The position numbers and the translations under genes were made by a program. Shown one piece after another: positions 55,704 through 64,000 of a stretch of 64,000 nucleotides of DNA; the first letter of the stretch is position 1, and the number at the start of each line of letters is the position of its first letter. The stretch is from assembly GCA_964035545.1 (NCBI GenBank), contig OZ037773.1, positions 4,617,751 through 4,681,750 on the forward strand, read 5' to 3'. The notes below the pieces were generated by a model that worked only from the letters and a program-made list of their open reading frames with translations, did not search any database and was not told the DNA's origin. Origin of the DNA: Bugula neritina. Its lineage: Eukaryota; Animalia; Bryozoa.

Positions 55704-56654
55704 ATGAATTTTTCAAATTTCAACGACAGTTTTTACTACGATTTTTCCATTGCAACAAACATATGTGACAGAAGCAGTATATCAACGGCTCTCCTGACTA
55801 TCAACTGTATTGGTATTCTAATAAACATTCTACATCTCATTGTGCTGAGGACTATCCAATCTATAAGGTCGAGTAAATACTATCAAGTGCTGATGCATGG
55901 TGGAGCTTCAGATGCTGTAGCCGGTATTGGATTTGCTGTTATCGCTACGTTTGCCTTAGAAGATACAATAAACGGACTAAGCCAACGTGTAATCAGCATT
56001 GCCAACTCTGCTGTAGAGGGGATAATACAAGCAGTCTCATTGCTCCGTACTTCGTTGATTGGGATTTCTAGCTATGAAAGATATGTTTCACTTTGCGATC
56101 CTTTCAATTATGAGACAGATAAAGTTATCCAAAACATTGGATGCTTCTTTGTTGGTTGTTGGGTTGGTTGTCTGGCAGTCATAGCAATTTTACAAATTGT
56201 ATTTTTTGGAGGAACTGAAAAATGCTTCACAATTTCCAGATATAAAGTTCGAACAGCAGCTGAAACGGTAATTGTGTTTTTCTTGTATTTTATTCCAACA
56301 GTAGCAACAATGGTATGTCTCGGCAAAGTGGGGTTAGAGTTGAGGCGAATGAGTCACAGAGCGGTTCAGCCAGCTAGAGATGATTTGGTGAAAACAGCTA
56401 GTAAGTACGTACTGTTCACTAGCATCCTGTTCTACTCTTCCTATGCCATAGGCAATATCGCCATTCTAATCAAGCAATACTCCAAACTAACTGTGGAGCA
56501 GAAAGAAACTGGAATTGGTGTATTTTACATCTATCAGTCACTCTACGGCATCTTCAATGTGCTTCTGTTTGCTTACCTACACCCTGTTTATTTGAAACAA
56601 GTGAGAAAAGTTGTATTTTGTCAAAGAACTGCTGTTGTGACCCCTTCAATATAG
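55704..56654 (+). CDS. Single-exon rhodopsin-like (class A) 7TM GPCR, orphan
   Basis: 316 aa; N-terminal N-glycosylation sequons; GILIN (TM1), SD (TM2), SYERYVSLCDPF (E/DRY), FIP (TM5), NVLLFAY (TM7). Confidence 0.85.
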   Translation: MNFSNFNDSFYYDFSIATNICDRSSISTALLTINCIGILINILHLIVLRTIQSIRSSKYYQVLMHGGASDAVAGIGFAVIATFALEDTINGLSQRVISIANSAVEGIIQAVSLLRTSLIGISSYERYVSLCDPFNYETDKVIQNIGCFFVGCWVGCLAVIAILQIVFFGGTEKCFTISRYKVRTAAETVIVFFLYFIPTVATMVCLGKVGLELRRMSHRAVQPARDDLVKTASKYVLFTSILFYSSYAIGNIAILIKQYSKLTVEQKETGIGVFYIYQSLYGIFNVLLFAYLHPVYLKQVRKVVFCQRTAVVTPSI

Positions 56655-57391
56655 GCAGCAACTCTCAAAGGAGACGAAATAGAAAAAAATTTTCAGTAGC
56701 AATGTCGTTCAAATCACTTCAGTAGTAACAATTTGTAATAGTGATGCTTCAAAGCAAATATTTGTTAAATGAAAGATGGCCATTATTATAATTTTTTTTA
56801 TATGTATAGTTTTTGTTTGTGATTGGATTTGCTATATAAACTTCGGTTTTTAATGTGATTTATCATAACATATTCTTTTAGTTTCTGTAGTTGTGAATAT
56901 AAGACTGCATTGAACTATAATCAGACTATGAAAAGGAGAGAATGAATTATGAAACAATAACGTATTATATATGTTAATATGACTTTGATTGTGACGTAAA
57001 AATAAAATCGATGAATAGAGATTATACTAGTAACATTTATTGCACAGATAATAACAAACATCAATTAGATGACTTAAGACACCATTTATAGCATAGAATG
57101 CACAGAATTAAGCTCCCTCAATACGTTTCATAAAAAATAAGTAGGCTATTAATTATAGTTGGACAACCACTACGTGCAGGTTGCATATAATAAATACATG
57201 ATAATAAACTAAATATTTATAACCCCATTTATCACAGCAATTTCAGTTTTTAAGGAACATATCCTTACAGTGAATAAAGAAAAACAAATGAAATATCAAT
57301 ACATGACTACACTGCAGAGTAAGATAACTCATCCACTAGAATGTTCTGGAAGAGAGAGTGTGTGTAGGACAAATGTGAGATAGTGAGATGG

Positions 57392-60300
57392 TTAGAAGCA
57401 GCTTGGTGCAGAAGTTGTCCTGGTTGGACCATGGAAATCAGCAGGAAATGTAAATTGTAAGTACGAAGGAAGCACAGGTTCAGAGTTGGTAGTGGTGAGA
57501 GTAAATGGATACGGAGGTGGTGGATATTTTTCTAAGAGAGGAGATGAGACAGAGATGGTGGTTGGTTTAGGAGGATTGTATGGTAGACTATCAGAGCTGG
57601 TGATTACTTTAACCACAATTTGTTGGTATACTACAGCAAACTGATTGGTTTGATCAAGGAACCACTCGGATCTCTAGAAGAATGTGAAAAGATAGAGTAC
57701 AGGAAATAGAATAGACTAGAATAGGTTGCATCAGTTGGGAGATTAAAATTGAAAAACTTAAAATAAAGGTTTACAGCCAAAATAGGAGCTATAACACAAA
57801 AAGTGATGAGATATAACACTAAGGAAACCAATAATAATAGACATGAAAAAGTTTAGTTGAATCACTAATAAATAATAGACAGCTTCAAAATTTGAGAATA
57901 TAAAAACTTGTTTTGGGTAAAGCATTATTGCAATAATTCAGCAAAACGCTGCTGCGAAATAGAACAGACATGAAATTAAATGTTCATGACATACTTTTCT
58001 CAGTCGCTCCAAACTTTTAGCCATTAGCTTTTCTGCTTCTTCATTATATAGCTTTATGAATTCATTGAATGGCAGAGTAGGCTAAAGACAAATGGTTATG
58101 GTTATAGCAAGGAAGTGCTATGTATACTGTACAGAGATATTACATTACTTGTTATTAGAGCATATGTAATAGTAGTATACCACTGCTATATATTATATTA
58201 CCGCGTTTTATATTATGATATAGTGTGTAATAGATGCAAAAATATATTATGTTTCACTAAGAAATAAAAACGCTGTTAGAGCTATGACAGCTATAAGTCG
58301 ACTGCAATTTTTATAATGTTTACAGGTAAGATTATATAGTTTATGAGAAATATTGTATTACCTTCATAGGTTTAGCATCTCCTCTATCACATCTTGTCAA
58401 TTGGAACATATCATTCTTTACAGACCCTGTCTTTGTCAGATCAGCAAACTGATTCAAATTCTCCAGACCAAACACAGAGGTGAGTGGAAAATAATTCAGC
58501 AAGAGCTCCACTACTTCAACTGCTTTCTTGATCTTACACGGGTCATTATTACTGTTCCTAATAAATTATTTAAATCAATAACCAACTAAAACTTTTCAAA
58601 ACATCAGTCAAACTATTTAGTTTGTCTGTCAACTTAAACACTGTAAGCAGCTAGCTTATGCACTACAATAAATATTGTTATTTGATAAATATAGGTGCAG
58701 CTCTATATAAATGTTTTGAGTATTGTGGCATACAGTATAATTTTATACTCAAATGCATATTCTAGCAGATAAATTTATAAACTATTAATTAAAACTAACT
58801 CCTAGACACACTTTGCCGTACTGTAGGCTGCAGTAGAATGTCCGCAATTTTTTAAGACACCCAGGCTGAATCGTACCACATTGTGATCAAACAATGCTTG
58901 ATTCAACAAATTACGTCTGGCTCCTATTGGGTAGAGAGATGTTCTCACAGTTAGCAATCATTCAAAATCTGTCATGACATTGGACAGCTATGTCCAATGA
59001 GTTATGGCAAAGTGTGTCTAGACTCTAGGGGGTATGAATGTTTTTACATTGACCAAGACAAAGAGGAAAACAATACCTAAACTTAAGAACACTCACCCAA
59101 ACAGGGATCCAGCAATAGATTTAGCTAGACTTTCAAATGGCAGATTTTGACGCTTACATACACAAAAGGCAAGTCCTATCATCAGTGTCAGGAGTTGTCT
59201 GACCGGCTTTGAGAGAGACATGAGAAGTCTGTAGAATGACATGCAAAGAAAGTTTCCATAAGACTTATTTATGGCGTGAATAATACAACATAATCTTCAA
59301 AATAACTTTAAGCAGTTACAACATTAAAATCTAAAGTCTATAATTTTAAAAAGTTAGACTCAGTATGCTATTTTTCATCAAAGTACTTGTATATTTTAAA
59401 AGCCAGATGTGCTAAACTTGTTATAGACATGTGAGTAAATGACATAATTAGTTATAACAGTTTATACTAAGCAATACAGTTTTATTTAATGTGCTATACA
59501 CAAAGTCATGGACTATAATATGCTATGAAACAGAGGGGTTTTAAGTTCAAAAACAGTAAAATGTTAGACAATTGTCTTTATTGTAATAAACTGGTCTACT
59601 CACTTAAGAACCATCTTTTTTCGTTTTCCCAAGTTTTGAGTTTTTATGACACTCAGGAGTTTTTTCTCAGCTTGTTTCCCAAGCAGACCATTTGGTATGG
59701 CAAGCAGAAATTTCTAAAATAGAAAAAGTAAGCAGTGGTAAAAAATTAAGTCCAACATCCTAACTGGTATCACAAAAAATTTAGTTGTATCATAGAACAT
59801 CATCAGTTGCCTAAAGTTTAAAGTTGATATATTGAAAAGGACATAAAGTTTAGGGTAAACGCATATAAAGAAATTTAATTAATAATTTATATTTTTTTTG
59901 TTACGCATATTATGTGTATTTTCTTTAAGTAATCCCCATTTTGTTAAGCGCTTGAAATAAAAAAGCAACCTGAAAAATATAATTTTGTTTTATATAGAGA
60001 TAGTTATTTCTAGCCCTTTACCTTAACCACAGAACATAGTGAGTGGATGCCCACACCTTGCAGGTCAAATTCCTGTCCTGCTGACAGGGAGTCTGAGAGA
60101 CGGCGTACTTCCCCTGCACTACCCGGCTGCCGGAATATTCCTGTTTGTGCAATGCCAGTCAGAGCAATTCGCATGAAGATATTCTACAAAAAAAGCATTG
60201 GAACCTAATTACTATGTAGTAGCTACATACTTATGCTTTACCATTCATATAGTCTTCAAGTAATAATAATGTGTTTAATATAATATTTATTAGCCTATAA

Positions 60301-60895
60301 GAGTTGTTAGTTATAAAGCATTACATACCAGGAGTGTTACTGGAATCTCATTGCTTTTAAAAACTCGTTTCAATGGAACTCCAAACTCTAGTCTAAAACA
60401 TTTCTGACTATTTACTATATAGCTACATTTGATTACAGCCGAAATACGGTTAATGAAAATTACTGCTTAACAAATACCATGAAGAACAGAGCAGTTTTGA
60501 AAATTCAAAATTGTACAATGTGCAATGAACTATTTGCCAAACTTTCCAAGGCGATTTCCACACGTAAAAACAGCATGCAGGTATAGGTCTTGACTCAAAA
60601 CAGGAGGTCCAAGTGTACATATTAATCTTCACTAAATACTTTCATGGCACAGCTGTGCCTCTCATAATGATGACCAATTAGGTTCATGTTAGTGTGAACA
60701 TAAAAACATATTACTGCCACTTTTGAATGAACATAATATAGTCATGACTACTAAGGGTCCTTTACTAAGACAATGCTTTAAAAAATGTTGAAGATGAAAT
60801 TTTCAGACTAACCTCTCAATAGCTGCATTATCAACAACTTTGTCAGCGGAGGCTGCAGAAGCTCGTCTAGTAAATAGTCTGCTAAAGAAGCCCAT
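57392..60895 (-). CDS. RhoGAP-domain protein, ~371 aa
   Basis: Exons 60895-60813, 60392-60329, 60183-60022, 59713-59604, 59228-59097, 58557-58362, 58081-57995, 57673-57392, with consistent phases. Motifs FGVPL, GIFRQPG (arginine finger), IHSLCSVVKKFL, LAKSIAGSLF; Pro/Ser/Thr-rich tail. Confidence 0.85.
58802..59021. mobile_element. Small MITE in a RhoGAP intron
   Basis: CTAGACACACTTTGCC ... GGCAAAGTGTGTCTAG 16-bp perfect inverted termini. Confidence 0.6.
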
Positions 60896-62100
60896 GGCTA
60901 AAAATGAACACGTGACAGTTACCAGCTATTTATGACAAGCCCTTCATGCAAAATCGCAACAAATAATGCTACCATAGACTCCACGCACAAAAAGGGGATC
61001 AATATTTTCTGTTCTAAATTAACTATAGATACATGCAAGCACTATATTATATCCAAAAAACTGCAAATATTTGATATATTGTAAATTGCAACTAGGCAAC
61101 ATTACAGTTTTTTACCAGCTAGTTAAAAAAATATTAGGCTATGTATAGTAAAATGTTGTCCACTAACCTGGCTATCCGAGACAGAAAATATGTAGCAGAA
61201 AAGGAAACGAGTAACTACAATTTCAAGCAGTCCACAAAGACTTGACAATCAAGTTACAGAAATATTGTTTCCACACAAAGTATGACACTGAAAGAAGTAA
61301 ATACTTTTAGCACTGATTCTATATGGTTAGCAGAATAAAAGATAGAAGCATCCGTATTCTGAGGCAGAGCGAATCAAACTATGCAGAGTCATGACATGAT
61401 GTCTTTTCCATTGTCTGATTAATGTCGCATAACTCATGAATTCTTAATTAGTACAATTAGTAAATTACTAGTTATTGTTACTAAAAGATTGATACTGCAT
61501 TGATTTGATTAAAAAATCAAGAATGCAAATTTTTCAACCTTATTTTTTCAAAGTTCATTCTCATAGTTAGTAGTCCGATTTTATTTTGGCAAGTTTAAAA
61601 ATTAAATGTCAAGCCTTTTTTATAAAATAAATTGAAAGTCTATCTAAATACCATTAATAAAAAAGTAATGGTCATCATCTTAATCTGCCTATGCAAGACA
61701 CACTGGTATCCACGATTGTAAAATATGTATTTTTCAAGATTAAAAAATATAGGACACAAAATAAAAATGATTTAGATATGAAAAAACTACTACTTCAAAC
61801 ATGATGTATTGAGTTCTAAACTACCCATTGTCATTTTCCTAAAAGCATAATACTTATTTCTTCATTTAAAAAGTACTACAAAACAGAACAAACTAATGTC
61901 TTTGACCACAATATTTCAGTGTGAGCTCAAAAATTATTGTTTGAGTCCTGATAACCATCAAAGTACATTAAAATTACTAAAAAAAACTAAGAAAATACCT
62001 AAAAAAGAATGCGCTACAACTGTAGCCATAATTACCTAAAAGGAGATGGAATGATTAGGGTGTGGGTTTTACCCCTCCCCCTTCCCGGAAGGAAGTTGAG

Positions 62101-63557
62101 TCATTTACGTAGTGAGCAGATGCCGACAGCTGTCAACATTGCAAACAAACTAATGCCGGATGACACGACAGCGATCTGGAGATAGTTCTGTCGCATCACC
62201 TCAACAAAGGAAGGTTTCAGTTTTTCTTTCAAAAACCAACTAACACCGAAAGCACACCCTGTAGGTTGAGGAATAGATTCATCCAATATAAAGTCGTGCA
62301 GCTGTGAGATTGGCACTTCTACAGTCTCGATATACTCTCCTTCTGCAGGGTTGCCTCCCCCTTTGCTTATCCGCATAGCCTCAGTAACTTTAGCGTAGAA
62401 TATTGTCTGCATTGAGCCGGTGGTACCCACCCCAGTCCTATAACAAATTTTCACAAAATTGCACCTTAATTCATATGAAAATCTTGTAAACAATAAAAAT
62501 AGCAAACAATTTCATTCATCTTCAGATTTTTGGCATACGAAGAACTAGTATAACTTTTATGTATAGGTAACTCAAAAACGGCCCTCTAATGTTCTCCCAT
62601 AAATAAACAGATGTATGCATTTTGCTAATTGCAAGAAGGATAAAAACTCTGTTTTTTTTCAGGTAATCTTACATCATGAACGAAAATATGAGTCAGTCAA
62701 ACAATGCACTCAAGTTCATGAAACATGAGCAAGATTTATGCTGTTCTAAAGTTCTGCAAAATAAATTCAAGTAGCTTACTAGCAACATACTGAAAATAGT
62801 TTCTCAACATTATGTTTAAAAAAACAACAATATGAATGAGAATTGATCTACTATTCGATTTTTCAGCAAAACACAACAAACTGTCTGACCCAAATGGACT
62901 CGTGTTATCCTTTAGGTTCAACAAATACTGTTTGCTTGTCAAAACCACCACAATGTCATAATTATAATTATAATTCATAGCCACAACACCTTGTACATAT
63001 AACAGAAATATGTACCTAAACGTCGATACTCTCTCCAGATCATTCGCTGACACGTTGAATCCGCATTCCTCCTGCACCTCTTCAGCAGCAATGTCAGCTA
63101 ATGGCTTTTCTTTATCCACAATCCCAGCACATAATTCTACTGTCAACCCTAGCCTAGGATCTCCATCGATAGCTGTCCCAACTGGGGGAACCTCCTGTTC
63201 CCCACCCGCATAGACGCGGTTAAAATACACGGCTACAACGAAATATACATTTTTATTAAAATATTGGCCACATCTATTTGGAAAGACATCCATAGCTGAT
63301 GATTTATAGTTCGAAGATATTGTTACTGGACAGTTTTAGCTCTTACAGCAGATCTTCTGTTCTTGATTCCTTAATTCTAATGCTAGACAGATAGAGGAAA
63401 TGACATCAGAAAGTAACCGAGGTTTGAAATGGGACTCCAGTAAGTAAGAACTGATACACAACATATGGCACACATATTACTCTAAAATTTACCTGGCCTA
63501 AACTGTCGAACAAAGAGTAGAGATCTTCTTTCTATATGATGGATTATAATCGCCACA
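62101..63557 (-). CDS. NUDT14: Nudix hydrolase, UDP-sugar diphosphatase (NUDT14); 5' exons probably outside the window
   Basis: Exons 63557-63493, 63232-63016, 62437-62101: VRQFRPAVY, TVELCAGIVDK..IAAEEVQEECGF (Nudix box), GVGTTGS.QT.FY, GGG..EGEYIE, FGVSWFL. Confidence 0.88.
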
Positions 63558-64000
63558 CTAAAAATAAAGGTAGTTTGAGTTGAAACATGTTATAAACCAA
63601 CTTTTACAATTTTGAATGATCATAAATAAAACATATTAAAGCTATTACATAATAGGGTCAAAATTAATTACAAGCGATATTCAAGGAAAGACAGTTGGAT
63701 TCTTTTCAACAACATGACATTATAACATATTATTGAATTTATTATGTGCGAATAAATTTAATATTAATGTGAGATTAGCAACCACACCAATGTGCAGCTG
63801 TCTACATTTAATTGAAAACATGTACTGACAACTGATAAGTGATAAGATAAAGGTATTTAAAATGTTACCATAAAAAATTATGTAATTTTATAAAGACATA
63901 TACATATCATATAGGCACATAGAATAGAATTTTTTAATTTATTAAAATCTTACCAATTACTTGCGACTGCATACAACACATCTAAAAAAAATACTGAGCT

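Overview
AT-rich, intron-containing animal genomic DNA. It looks like a marine invertebrate (lophotrochozoan-like), but the taxon cannot be fixed from the sequence. The ORF track misses the main feature. Between about 3 and 48.5 kb lies a cluster of about 11 small three-exon genes and pseudogenes built on one template: TATA box, non-coding exon 1, a 52-nt signal-peptide exon (M-K/R-V-L/V...) ending in a phase-1 GT donor, then one cargo exon. The cargo differs radically between copies: three 6-Cys CS-alpha-beta defensin-like peptides, one 8-Cys variant, one short 2-Cys peptide ending GRR, and cysteine-free Tyr/Lys/Arg-rich and Gly-Gly-His-rich cationic peptides. One further copy appears to have captured the last exon of a neighbouring PAN-PAN-F-type lectin gene in frame. 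Interspersed are five copies of a ~271-bp hammerhead-ribozyme repeat (retrozyme-like) and a Penelope-like (GIY-YIG) fragment with its own hammerhead. An apparently intact, spliced Academ (AcademX) DNA transposon with ~630-bp TIRs is nested inside a MITE that interrupts one peptide gene. Also present are an RTE LINE relic with a piggyBac-type MITE, tRNA-derived SINEs and many (TA)n arrays. The right end holds conventional genes: a CYP2-clan P450 (-), a single-exon class A GPCR (+), a RhoGAP (-) and NUDT14 (-, 5'-truncated by the window, with a hydrophobic C-terminal tail). All exon structures were assembled by hand from GT-AG sites and reading-frame phase; no database searches were run.
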